A stretch of 46,219 nt of DNA from Chromera velia (Eukaryota), in contig JAHBMJ010000508.1 in assembly GCA_018398765.1 (NCBI GenBank), positions 1-46,219 of the forward strand, written 5' to 3'. Made by a program: the position numbers and the translations under genes. Under the pieces are notes generated by a model. The model had not been told where the DNA came from and did not search any database. It saw only the letters and a program-made list of their open reading frames with translations. This document shows, piece by piece, positions 33,601-46,100 of the stretch (position 1 is the stretch's first letter; the number at the start of each line of letters is the position of its first letter).

Positions 33601-34668
33601 GCAGGCGGCCCCTGCACGTTTCCGTATTAAACGACTTGCTTGCACCGTCGACCGTTGAACTTGTCGAACAGTTTCATTACGACTGTTACTAATTCAGTTA
33701 CTCCGTAGTATGGCTAGTCTCCAACTGGATTCGATCCTGCATGCGCAATCAATGTGATAGAGCTCTCGTTGAGAATTGAAATGGGTAGAGCATGATTGAG
33801 TGGACAGAGTGTGCCAATTGATGCATATACAGGGGTCGTGAGAACGAAGTGCTTCGATCTGTCACTTTCAAAACCCATGCATGCATGCATGCATCCTGCA
33901 GACGCTTTCTTCAGGCTCTTTCCCATTTCGTTGATTTCAAGAGGAAGTGGGCGGGTGGGGACAGAAGAGGAGCGATGGATTCTCTGTATGAGAGCTCTTG
34001 GTTGGACGAAAAGGCAGCGACCTGGGATCCTCTGGAGAAGGAGGAAGCGTTTGCCGAGGCAAAGCGAATGATGGAGTCTCGCGACGCTCCGGAGAGACAG
34101 AAAGGGCTGTTCGTTGCAGCGATGCTTTACACAGGGGGTTCGCCTCTTGACGTGATTCCCTTGATGCAGAGGAGAATTCGGGAGTCGGGAGAGACGCCGA
34201 GAGCCCGAGATCTGGAGCTTTTAGGTTCTTTGTGGGGATTTTTGGGGAAGTGGAAGAAGCTCTCTGAGCAGATGGCGAAAGCACTTGCTGTTGACGCTTC
34301 CTACTATATGGCAAAGTACTGCCAAGGCGTCGCTTGTTTGATGTCTGATGACCGTCAGAAGTCTCTTGTCCTTTGGGAAGAGTTCCTTTCCGAGGCCCCC
34401 CGAGACTGCAGGAAGCGGGTGGATGCTCTGTACAAGAGCGGTTCTGTGCCACACTGGCATGATGCGGAGGAATGAGAGACACGGGGACCTTGAAAAGGCC
34501 CGTGACTTTCTCAAGAGGGGGCAGGAGGCAGAGCAAGAGCTAGTCCCTTTCTGGGGTAGAGATTGGGACAGTGATAGAAAGACATTGAGCCTGACCATCC
34601 AGATAGTGCAGATGCAGCAGTTACGGGCAAACCCTCGGGCAAACCCACAAAAGGCTCAACGCAGATGA
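30609..34668 (+). pseudogene. Right-handed beta-helix + MYND finger + SEL1/TPR protein, with two frameshifts
   Basis: ATG at 30609 (VVISGLKGRTDLNGFVG), then parallel beta-helix repeats. The MYND finger is split between frames: CAKC / ACSQCKVVYYCSKECQKADWKEHKKEC, with the shift in purine tract 32041-32066. SEL1 repeat AQIYLGRMYFKGDGVEKDLSQA. Intron GTCAGT..CAG 33199-33901. TPR-like region, then a second shift at about 34437 into AVLCHTG..RGQEAEQELVPFW, stop at 34668. Confidence 0.75.
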
Positions 34669-36485
34669 ATGTGACACAAAAAACATCACTCCGCCGGAAG
34701 TAGACAGTATCATTCAGTGAACTAAAGAATTTATATTGTTTTTTTAAACGGAATATAAGCCTGCGCTATATGGCTAGGCGGCGCATATATGGAGGGGGGA
34801 GAAGGGGGGAAAAGTCTATATTCTTATTATTATTATTGTATGTTTCAAGATGCTTGTTGAAGGCTAACTTGAAGCTCGAACAATTAAAAAACTCATGATT
34901 TACTGATGTTTTATGCGACGGGACGGCCTTGAATGTGTGGAAAGAAAACTAGTGGGGGAAAAAAAAAATCTGGTATTAGACTGGCAAAGTCTTAGTTTAA
35001 AATTTAAATTTAAATTTGTTTTTAATTACTAGCAGTGTGCGTAGCCTAGCGCTACGACCTAGAAAGAAACGTTGAGAGGCAGATCGAGCTTGGCACAGTT
35101 TGCATAATGGTATAGTGGTACAGGACTCTAGAGAAGACTATAAGATCGATTGGCCCATAAGCTCCCAAACTATCTTACTGAACCTAGTACTGAACTTAAA
35201 TCCAATTAGGCCTATTGTAAAAAAAAAATGCTGAATTATAAACTCTAATTAAAATCTATATATTCAATAATTTGACTAGTAATTTGGTCGCCTAAGGTAA
35301 CAGAAGGTAGCACATACTAGCATACAATGGCATTGATATAAGATCAAAAATGAAAGAAACTCTAGAAGAAAGTTCAAGAAACTTCGTTTCAAAAAAGTTT
35401 TTATCGTGCTTTTTATCCGTATGTAGATTGGAAGCGGCGCCACCATTGATACTTCCCTAGCTACTAGCTCGCTCTGTTTTTGGCAGACTTTAGGTTTAGC
35501 TCTAAGTCAGACCATCCACTGCATCTGTTTGCTTTTCGAATTAATTCTCTTTTGGACGTAACACTTCACCTTTCTTTTTTTACTTCCAGTCTGTCAGCAG
35601 CAAACGATTCGTCCGTCCCTCCATCCAGCCACAAATTTGCACCGCTATATAGACTTCGTTTTTGCAAATCAACAGTGGTTCTTCAATTTGGCCGGAACGC
35701 CAGCACCGAGCAAAAGAACCCAAGCTTCTTCTTTCGAATTGGGGCAGGGTGACAGAATGAATCAAGGGACCTCCATTCTGTCACCCGGCCTGACATAGTA
35801 GTCACACTGTCTCTTTGAGACAACAAATGGAGACCCTTCAGACCCTCTACGCAAGCGCCAGTGCAAACGCACTCATCCGCTCATGCGCTCAACTAATTGC
35901 TGATTCTATTGGTACAGGGCCCTCCTTGGAATGAAGGAGGCACCAACGAACGAAGTGAAGAAAACGATGGATCGAGAAAAGGGAGGGCAAAACGTGCTGC
36001 ATGACGAGAGGTGACCCCGATCCGAGGCCAAAGTCGAACGAGTGCATGCATGAGGGCATCATTCAAACAAACACGCATGCATGGAGACATGTACGCGCAC
36101 ACACACCCGCAGGCAGGCAGGCAAGATCAGACACTTAAAAGTGCTTTTTTCCTTCCTCTCTCCGACAAACTCACACCGTACAACGTCCCCCTGTCCATCA
36201 GTCGACAAGACAGACAGACAGACAGACAGACAGACAGGGAAAGCCGAGCTTCTCTCCCAAGACCTACTGAACAAAAGGAAAGAAGCAAAGAAACAAACCT
36301 TCTTCCAGCAAATCTGTGCTTCCTTCATCTCAGCTAGCTGGACTCACACTGAAGTCTGATCGCTTTCTCTCTGACCTGGGATGGGATCCCTCAGACACAT
36401 TCATGCATTCACTCCACTCCAATTTTACATTGACGGACTCCAAACACACAACACGATCGAGGACGTGAATGCCCCTGCTCCCTCC

Positions 36486-37746
36486 CTACCACCCCGCGAC
36501 GCACATCCGCCGCTCTCCCCTGACGTCCCACCGGCTCGCGGCCTTGTGTTGTGGCTGAGGCTGCGGCTGAGGCACATAGCCCCCGTGCCCCCCGTAGCCT
36601 CCCCCAGGGGGGAAGTCCGCTGGACTGTCGAACAGCTTTCTGCAACAACCACCACAACCAAGATCGAGGGGCAAAGTGGGAGAACGGCCACAGAGAGAGA
36701 AGAAGCGAGTGAGAGAGAGTGCGGCACCACAACAAGTGCATACGGTCGGGGTTTCATCCAGAAAGAATCACAACGTAGAACTTGCCTTCATCCCTGTACA
36801 CACAGAGACTCTTGTTTCCACACAGAACGAAGGACGCAGTGTCCAGAGCAAAAAGGACGGAACCAGCGACACATCCAAGGCCAAGAGATTCAACAGAGAG
36901 AGAGCCCTACAGTCAGGCAGAAAGCAGAAAGAAAAACCACTGAACGAACGAGTGACTTACCGAAAGTCCACTGGTTTGGCGTCTGCCCAGTCCGTCAACA
37001 CCCATTCAGCCCCACTCAAATCCTCAACAGCAGATGCATACCCCTCACCCCCAGCGGCAGCAGCAGCCACGCCCTTAGCCCCCCCCGTCGCTGTCTGTTC
37101 CCTCAACGCTTCTGCTTCCTCTCTCACCCGCCGCCGTCTCAAAAGAGTCGACTCAAAAGGAAGCGCCATACCTACTCCCCTCAAACCCATTCGTCGAGCT
37201 CCGGTGATTTCTGCACCGACGTCCCAGTAACCGATGGAAGAAAGGAAGAAAAAAAGAAAGGCAGGACATGATTTGCTAGACTGTCATCGTAAATCGTTTC
37301 ATAGTACGAGCCAAAACACCGTCCACGACAGACTGGAACTTCGAGAAGACACGGGTTCTTTATTCCAGCTAGTGCAGGTTTTACAGAGCGACTCCACCGA
37401 AGCTTTCGTTAGATGGGAAGGAAAGAAATGATGCGGAACCCATGTACAATTCCCGCAATGACGAAGCAACATGCAGATGAAGTGCAATGAACAATGATGA
37501 ACCGGGGGCAGAGGGTGGGAATTAGTCCCTTTGTGAATGAAGTCTTTGCTTAAACTTTCTGGCTGACGTGCAGAGCTGTCCGTGAAGAACGCGACCGAAG
37601 AGGGTCGTTTTTTGAGGTCTGCCGCGCACATCAGCGCCAGCTCGTCCAAGGGGTTCCAGATCGGGAGCTTTGTTTCCCTCCTGCACAAACAGTCAAACAG
37701 ACTATATCATCTGTTCTCTACTTTACTTTTCCGCTTCCTCCGTTAA

Positions 37747-37785
<39 letters not shown>

Positions 37786-39953
37786 CAACCAAGCGGACAT
37801 GAAACGTCAGGGATCTCTTCTGGTTTGTTATCTTATTTGCTTGTTTCTTTGTTTGTTTCTTCGTTTGTTTGTTTGTCACTTTGTTTTGCTGCTACGTCGA
37901 AACAGCGGGCTGTGGAAGAGCAACGACAGAAATGCGAGAAAGCGACGTCACGATGTCAGAGAGAAGGAAGGAAATTCACTGGGCTGGTCTAGTCCTGCAT
38001 GCAGCTGACCCGATGAACCGATCCCCCAACGCCCCCCCGTCATCTAAAGCCATCACCCGACACATCTGCATCAGCTGCACAGCCCACACAGGGACAGATA
38101 GATAAACAGACAGGGAGACAGACGGAGTGAGTGAGGGAGGATCAAAAGACACAGAAATAAAGCCACAAGAGAGGGACGCTACGTCGTCGAAGGGAACAAT
38201 CAAAAAGCAATACGAGAAAGAGAGAAAGAAAATCCAACACAAGCCTGCAGGAGCGAGACAGAGACAGAGACAAGAACAGTGCATCAATGAATCGAGCGGA
38301 AACAGAATTCCGCAACAGTTGACACACGAGCATGTTCTTCTCGTCCTTCTCCCGCTCACCGACCCACCCCTCCCTCCCCCACCCCGCAACGCAACACACA
38401 CACACACACACACACACAGACACACACACTCACACTCACTCACTCACTCACTCGCTCGCTCGCTCGCTCACTCACTCACTCACTCACTCACTCACCTGTT
38501 GCGATGTAAATCTGTTTGAGAAGGTCACCACCGGAACGCCCACTTTCTTCAGAGTATCCAGGAATTTTGAGGCTCCATTGAAAGGAGAAACCAGAGAATG
38601 CGAGAGAAAGTCTCTTTCTCTCTTCTCTTTCCCCTCCGTACTACGGGAGGTCTCTGCTTCCTCGCTCCCCTCTGCCGCGCCCCCTTCCCCAACCTCTTCC
38701 TCATGGGCCTCTTGGCCTTCGTGCCTCTCCGCCTCTCGTTTTTCTTTCCATATGCGTGCCGTCTCTTCTGCAACGTTCTGCACTCTCACATCAATCCATT
38801 CATGAAGTCAGTCAGACAGGTTCACAAACCCCCAAAGGAAGGTGGGGAGGAAGGAGGCTCAATCCGGAATGGCTGGCTGATATTATTTTTTCATTCAGAT
38901 CAGACAACGGGGGGATCTTTCCTCCCCTATCCGTCACGAATCAAGCAACGTACTGTCGCAAGCATAGGACGGAACGAAGGTCGGTTGGCAGATATCTGTG
39001 CACATGGGAAATTGCGAGAACAAGCATTTTCACGAGACGAAAAAGAAAGCTATGTCTAGAGGAAGCTTTCTGATCTGTTTTGCCAAGGTGCTTGCAACCT
39101 GACTGGACGGAGAGACAAACAGACAGACAGAATGAAACTATGGGTGGATGAATCGAAGGACGGACGCGTGTCAAAAAAAAAAGGGCACAAAGTGACTGAC
39201 CGACCTTGTCTAGTTCCATAAGAAACTCTTCTTCCATCTTGCCAGCCTGCACGCAGAAAGTGCTCCAGCACGGAGGACGGAGGAATAGGCGAGACATGCG
39301 CATACTTGCAATCACAACTTTTGCGAGTGAACGGACTACAGACACGAAAAGAAGGGCGATGATGAAAAGGTATGCCTATGCCTCCTTTCCTTCAGTTAGC
39401 GTGACTGATCGCGAAACGAAATCCTACATCGCAGCTGGCTGTGCTTTTTTTTTGCGTCCCCCCAAAGCAGAACCTCGAGTGAGTGAGCAAGAAGTGAGCC
39501 CCTCCCTCACGGAGACTTCAGCAGAAACAAACGCGGACAGACACCCATCAGCGCCCAGCCAACACCAGTATTCCCCAGTACACCCGCAATACTCCTCACT
39601 CGCTCACTCACTTCTAGAGGCTCCCCTTCTTCCCTGTGCCGAGATATGAATTCCCAGAGAAACTCCGCCCGAGCGGCATCCCGAGGGGGTTGTCTGATCC
39701 CAGCCTGCATGCCAAGAAGGAAGGAAACATATGCTAAAAAAGGACGAACTTTCTTTCTTGAGGAGATCGAGATGCACGCCTGCAGGGATGACGGATGGCG
39801 AACAGACTTTCCAAAAGTCAACTTCCGCATCTGACTGCGAAGTGGAAAAGTCTTGTGAAGAGAGGGTGTACAGTAGATTAATTACGAGACGACAAACGAA
39901 ACACCACACGAAGAGAGAGAGAGGNGGGGGGGGGGGAGGGAGAGAGAGACAGC

Positions 39954-40003
<50 letters not shown>

Positions 40004-40030
40004 GACAGAGAGAGACAGACAGAGAGAGAC

Positions 40031-40075
<45 letters not shown>

Positions 40076-41560
40076 GACACAGACAGAGAGAGAGAGAGAC
40101 AGACAGAGAGAGAGTGAGAGAGAGAGAGAGAGACAGAGAGTGGAAGAGAGAGAAAGAACGAACGTATGCTGGGCACTCAGTCTGAAGAGTAATTCAGCGG
40201 GGCGTGCGCCCCTCGAATAAGAGGTGTAGAATGTATTTCTCGTCATCATGCCCGCAGCCAACCATTACCTCACACAAGTCGACAGCCCCCCCGGACGCAA
40301 GAAAGGAAGAAACACAGGGATGGACAAAGTAGAAGAGAGCAGGAAGGACCCACAAAGATCTGCGCATCCGTTGGCGGCGGAAGGTTGTGAGCTGAAGCGA
40401 CAGCGTCCCAACACTGCATGCAGCCAGCCCGTCGATGCACAATTGAAGGCAAACAAAAACCCATTCAGATCAAAAAGCGCTGCACGAACTTATGAGCAAG
40501 AGACCCGTGAAAGGAACCAAGGGAGAACGGAACTCTTATGCGGCTGATCGCATCATACAAACTCAGACAGCAAGCGCACACGAAGCCAGCCACATCTCTC
40601 TCGTTCTGATCTCCTTCTGCTGGCCAATCTACTAACAGAAGAAGATGCGTAGTCACTTCGCACTTCAACCACCACCTCAACTTCTAGACAGACCTTCTTT
40701 TCGAGAGGCCCCACATCGCAAAGTGCCCCCTCGAACCGCACCGCCGCCCCGTACCGCTGAAAGAGGGCCGTCTCGTCCCCCGCTCTGCACGAGCTCATCC
40801 GACACTCATTATAATACAGATACACATGCACATAATTACAGACGCAGAGAGACACACATGCTCACATTTCAGACACATGCAGACACAGAGAGAGCGAGAG
40901 GAGGGATCGCCTTCTCACTTTGGACGCAGAGAAAAGAGAATGCCAACCCCCCGCCATGAAGCTCACCTTACGCGGTGTTCATCCAAAATTGTGGGTGCGT
41001 AGTACTCCTCTAATCCGCTCCGCTCTAACCGTCCTCGATAATCAAAGTACCTGCAGCCAGCCAAACAAACGCCACGTGCAAGTCAAATTGAACTGAATCA
41101 GGCCCTCATGCTTGCAAGAAAAGATGCACAGAAAGAACCAGGCTGCCACACATGCATGGACCCACTGCCACTGCAGGCACTCACCCCGGTCCCCTCCGGA
41201 GCACTGTGGACTTTCGACCTGCAGGCAGTGGGGGGGAACACAAGAGAGAGAGAGAGAAACAACAGAAGAGGCGAGAGAAGGTTTGGGGGTGTGCGTCTAG
41301 AAAAAAGAGGCGGTAACAAAACAAAGAAGGAGGCCAACTAGCAAGCTAGCTCGGCCGGTCTGCAAGGACTCACGGGGTGTCTGTACAGGTAGCGCGTCAA
41401 CGAGCTTCAGGGGGCTGTTCAGCGTCTGCACCCCGAATGCCATGCCGTCTCCAGACGGTTTGGCAAGGATTGACCTCCCTGCATTGCTACTTGCGCTTCC
41501 TGGCACTGACTGGAGGCTGAAGAAGACGAACAACATGACTGTCGCTGACGAACACCACAT
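36486..41560 (-). CDS. HAD-superfamily hydrolase-like protein (plastid ARPP/FMN phosphatase-like or CbbY-like), 12 exons, 484 aa, N-terminal signal-like leader
   Basis: Exons 41560-41374, 41218-41185, 41050-40967, 40784-40694, 40413-40354, 39704-39612, 39246-39205, 38777-38496, 38074-38010, 37680-37568, 37210-36961 and 36639-36486 total 1455 nt, all GT-AG and phase-consistent. Motifs: YGAAVRFEGALCD..KCW, PFNGASKFLDTLKKVGVPVVTFSN, AADLKKRPSSVAFFTDSSAQITGARRMGLRGVG, DLSGAEWVLTDW. Confidence 0.85.
39912..40152. repeat. (GA)n/(GACA)n microsatellite in a HAD gene intron
   Basis: Direct reading; includes an N at 39925. Confidence 0.95.
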
Positions 41561-42280
41561 GTACACAGTTCGGCGGAAGCTCTCCCTGCCGCTTTTTTGC
41601 GGGACGCGGTTTTCTTCCGAGGAACACGAGAACTTGAATGGAGTAGTGACTGGGAAGCTGGATTTTCCTTCTGTTAGAGGAACGAGTGACAAAGTCTGAA
41701 GAGTGGTCCATCCAACAGAACAGATCAGTCTGTCTTCGCCTGCCGGCCGGCCGGGGCCCGCACTTTGTGCGCGCGGATCTTAATTCGTCCGCGCGGCATG
41801 CCGCGGGGCATGCATGCATGCACACGTACCGTGCATGGGACGCCGGCGACCCAAATCTGACACACTCCGTGCGAATGGCCAGGAAAGCGAAATTTATTCT
41901 TGTTGCCCCTGCTTTAAATTTGGAAAGTGCCTTTCCGGGGCCAAGCTTGGCATGCGTCAGATCTTCCTGTAAACGTCGGACGCAGCCATCCGTGTACATC
42001 CGTGTGGTCTGGGGGGGTACAATTTTTGTTAAGTGCCCTCTCAGCTTCGCTTTCCGGGCCATTGGAAACTTTCGGGCTTGTGCCGTGGTCCCCAGCCATA
42101 GTATCTGTTAAAGCCCCTATAGCCGCACCTATATAAAAAAAAAAAAAGTCGAATTACCAATAAATCGGGTTACATTTGCCTTTTGGGATCCGCGCTTTCC
42201 AGCAACTGTACAGCACGTGTATTGTGGAGTCCTACCTTGTGGCACCACCCTCTGGACCCTCGCATGTGCTGTATCCGATA

Positions 42281-43150
42281 CCCCCCCGACACTCTAAGCT
42301 GTTCTTGAAAACATTTTTCAAGATTAGATTTTTCAGCAGCATTTAATTTCAAGTTAGGATTTTTAAGCGGCGGCACCGTTTTATGCTATTTCATGCCGCC
42401 AAAATTTATTCCACTGTACGCATATGCGCCCCACTGTCACGCTGCCTTTACGGGGCACCGCGCAGCTCCAGAAACCACGGCCCTGGCATGCCTTTCTGCA
42501 TGCAGGTGCGGTGTTTTTCTGAGGGCCCATCAGGCCACGACGTGCAGGCTCAAACGGCAACTGTGCAATACTTCAGAGGGCAGCGCAGTCGCGCATGCTC
42601 ACTCAGTCCGCCAATCATACAACGGGTGTATCACGTGTTGTTCAGGTGTGTCACGTGTATGAAATTCAGAAAATAAATCTGAACGTTTAGGAATCTGCAC
42701 AGCAGAGAAAAAAAAAAACCTGAACATTGGTCACTTTCTCTTGTCCATTCCTTTTTGATCCTCTCACCTTCTTTCTCAAACGTTGAGTTTCTGTTTCTGT
42801 TTCTGTTGAACCTTCACACACCAAGCTTCCAGCTGACATCGCGCGACTGTCACAGACTGAGCGTTGCTGAGTGTCTTGCTTCCTCTCAGACGAGTGCTTC
42901 CTTCGAATTCGCATGTTGCTTATTGAATCCCCCTTTCTTTTTGTAACCATGCCATAGCTTTTCAAGATATAGGCTCTGCTTGCGGCACAGTTTTTCAAGA
43001 CATAGGCCGCGCCTGCGGCGCAGCTTTTCAAGATATAGGCCACGCCTGCGGCGCGGCTTTTCAAGACCTAGGCGGCGCCTGCGGCGCGGCCTTTTAAGAG
43101 TGGATTTTTGAGCGGCACAAAATTTTAAGTAGTCTTGAGTGTCAGGGGGG
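42281..43150. mobile_element. MITE copy 2 (TIR CCCCCCYGACACTC, TA-flanked), same family as 29524-30003
   Basis: TA|CCCCCCCGACACTC at 42279-42294 and GAGTGTCAGGGGGG|TA at 43137-43152. Its right end and repeat array align with MITE copy 1. Confidence 0.7.
42958..43099. repeat. 33-bp tandem repeat, about 4.3 copies (YTTTTCAAGAYATAGGCCGCGCCTGCGGCGCRG)
   Basis: Units start at 42958, 42991, 43024 and 43057, with a partial unit at 43090. Hairpin core GCGCC-TGC-GGCGC. Confidence 0.9.
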
Positions 43151-46100
43151 TAGTATCTGAATGAGCCCACGTGCTGACGCCATGCTCCGCCGCCGCGTAT
43201 ATACGCAATCGACTTGCATGCATATACGTGTCGCGCGCATTGATCAAAGTTGTCGAAGTCGAGTCTGCATGACCTTCGTATTCAAGCAACACGTCACTTG
43301 AACAACGGATAACATCGTTCGAGTCTGATGTCTGTTTGTCACAGATCAAGAGAGCTCTAGAGTCTGAGAGAGAGGAATGAGCAGAAACCGTGCATGATAG
43401 AATAAATCCATCCGATTGGAATACTAGATCGCGCTAGAACTTAAACTGATATAGGGACAAACCTTCTGTAAACTAGTATTGCTTGACTGAGTGTTGCTCA
43501 TATTCCTTTTCTAGATCTTCTTAAGGTTCTTATCTTCGCTTTACCTTCTATCTAGACGCCATAAGGTGGCCGGACAGGAGGGACAAAGCATTGTGGTAAC
43601 CGCTCAGCTCGATAAGTGTCGACTCTCGTTTTCCTTCTGTGATGGAGATCAGATATGTTATTTTGCGCAACCGTTGAAAACCGATTGCAACGATATGGGC
43701 ACGGTCAGGCAAAGACCGTGAGTAGAGGAATTCAGCGTCCCCTTGCGTCCTAAGCTGCCTGGAGCCCTGTTTCGGAGATCCCCTTCGAGTCTGATCCTGG
43801 ACTTTGTCTTTGTCCTTGGGTGGAGAACCCGAAGATCGTTAGAGGTCGCCAAAGCCAATAGTGGAGACGTTGTTTAGTGTTACTCAGGATTTTGAGGAGC
43901 CTGATTTCATTAAGAATGCCGCCTACGAGCAGATCACAATCCAAATGGCCAGTAGAGTGCTTTTCCTATACCTTTTGATTCTCAACTGTCTCCGTCTTCC
44001 AGACAAGTGTCAGCTGATCACCTTCACTTGTCTTTGCTGTTCGTTGCTTGCTTGTCTGCACGAGGCTGACCACCTTTATGGCCTGCAAACACCTCCAGCG
44101 TGTCTAGGTCTATCTGGAATGGTCCTCCGACAGCATCCAAACACAAGAAGACGCCCTTCGTCTCTCTATGTGTCTGCAATGCTGCCATTTTCTTCCAAGA
44201 GTGAGCTTGTCGTGGCTGTCTGACTATTGCATGGATCGTTCGATGAGTGGCCGTTCGATCGGGTGTGTGAGACTCTGCGTGCGCATTAAATAGACAGAAG
44301 GGACAGGTGGCGGCGTACCACATGGACCAACGCGGTGACGGCCGGTGTGCCAGCCGGGGAAGGCCTTTTGCTCTGGGACCCGATGCGGCGAGCCTGGAAT
44401 AGGAAGGAGCGGGAAGTAAGGAAGGGGTACAAAATGACATCGAGCCTGCTCTCGACGGCAAGAGAGGCAGAAGGGTCGCGGCAGACCTACTGAGAGACAG
44501 AGTAGGGCATACGACAGCTGCCGCCTCGTCTCTCGCCGGCGCCAGCAAAATTTTTAACAGGGATCGGGAAGGGCAAAGCGGGTCATAGGGGAAGGGGGAG
44601 AAGGGGGGACAATGGGGAAGAAGGGAGAGGGAGGGAAAGGGGGGGAAAGAGGGGGAGAGGGGGGTTGCTTCGGGGTAGGGGGGCGAATCAAATTGAGGCT
44701 GGCTGAGAGCATGCGAAGTGCTAGCGACTGAGTGTGACTGGAGCGTCTTTTGTCCGGAGTTGAGAGTTCATGTGTCAAAAGGAGCAGCAAAGGGATGAAA
44801 CGAGACAAAAAGAAGAGACGAGATAGAAAGAAACCAGCGGGACAGTCTGCAATATGTCTGGTCCCTTCCCTCCCTCCTTTTATGTAGCTACTGACACGCG
44901 CAAAAATGTGTTTGTGCTTGACGAGACGGCCAAGTCCTTCTGTCGATGAGAACTCGCTGTCGATTGCCTACCCCTACGTCAGCTACGTATAAGATAGGCA
45001 GAGGACTGCCTAATTGCCGCCGCCGTACGCTTATGCCTGCGCGTACCCGCGACTGCCTGTGACCGCCTTTATGCCCCTACACTGGACTTGGGGGGGGGAT
45101 TGAGCTCATTGTAAAGCTGAGCGTCAAAGAGGCGGACTGCGAGAATGACAAGTCGAGCGCCGCATGTGCCGCGCATTCAGAACTTCTGGGACTCCTTTTG
45201 GAAGAGTGACCTTCCTTCTCTCTCGGCTTCTCTTGGCTTTGCTTTGCGCGTGGCTTCGGAGTCAGACCCCTCGTGTGGCTGAGAGCACGAACGCACGAGG
45301 GGGCGCCTTCATTCGCTGTCTCCTTCTCCTTTTTGTCTGCTGCTTTAAAACGTTTCGTGTTATCCCTGGTTTCTTTCTTTGAGAGAAAGAGACTGGAAGA
45401 GGCCGAGGAAAAATGAGTAGAGGAGGAGTAAAAAAAGAATGAATCTTGAGAAAAACAGAAAGAGATGTCTGTTTCAACGAGAAAAGAAGAAGAAGAAAAA
45501 AGAAAACGAGGGCATAGCCCATACATGTCTCTTTATCCCTTCTCTATCTTCTCCTTGCAAGGGGATATCGGTGCTTTGGAAGCCCTTTGGGGTCTCTGGG
45601 TATCGCTTCTCCCCCTCACAGCACGGGAGTTGATGGGAGCCTTGGTGGAGCCAGCCGTCTCTGCACAGGCATCTGCGTAGAGCCAGACAGTGTGCCGGCA
45701 GGCGTCTCCCTCCGATAGGTCTGACCGGGTGCCGTTCATTCGTTGATGTCTGTTCTTGTGTGTTCGGTCGATCTACGGTGTTGTTGATAACAGGCGAAGA
45801 CGCGCATGTAGTCTTCGGGAAGGAAGTGAGATAGAAGAGAGAGGAGGAAGAGATGTGAATAAATGACATTATGTGTAAACATATGTGTGCGTGAGGCTTT
45901 TTGCTACCATCCTCTAGTTTCTCCATCTCTTCACATTTTGTTTGAACCTCCGTTTGCCCGTCTACTTGCATTCAGAAAATTAAAAGAGCTAGAAGGGGAT
46001 TGCCTGCAGGCGTACTATTCTCTCTGTCGCCCGCTTCCTTCCGGCAGGCTGGTCTGAAAAAGAGAGAGAGAGTGAGAGAAGGTGGAACAAAGTTGGGAAA

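Noticed and set aside
36381..37271. 296-aa plus-strand ORF and other antisense or low-complexity ORFs in the track
   Set aside because: These are shadows of real opposite-strand exons or translated microsatellites, with no domain signal.
5931..41560. Flavin-related gene cluster (flavodoxin plus FMN/ARPP phosphatase-like HAD)
   Set aside because: The genes are about 30 kb apart with unrelated genes between them, and the HAD substrate is unproven.
42958..43099. CRISPR-like 33-bp repeats with a palindromic core
   Set aside because: The units are contiguous with no unique spacers, there are no cas genes, the context is eukaryotic, and the array lies inside a TIR element.
43650..44560. Possible kinase or retroelement relic on the minus strand (ILNEIRLLKIL)
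   Set aside because: No further kinase or RT motifs; the frames are short and broken.
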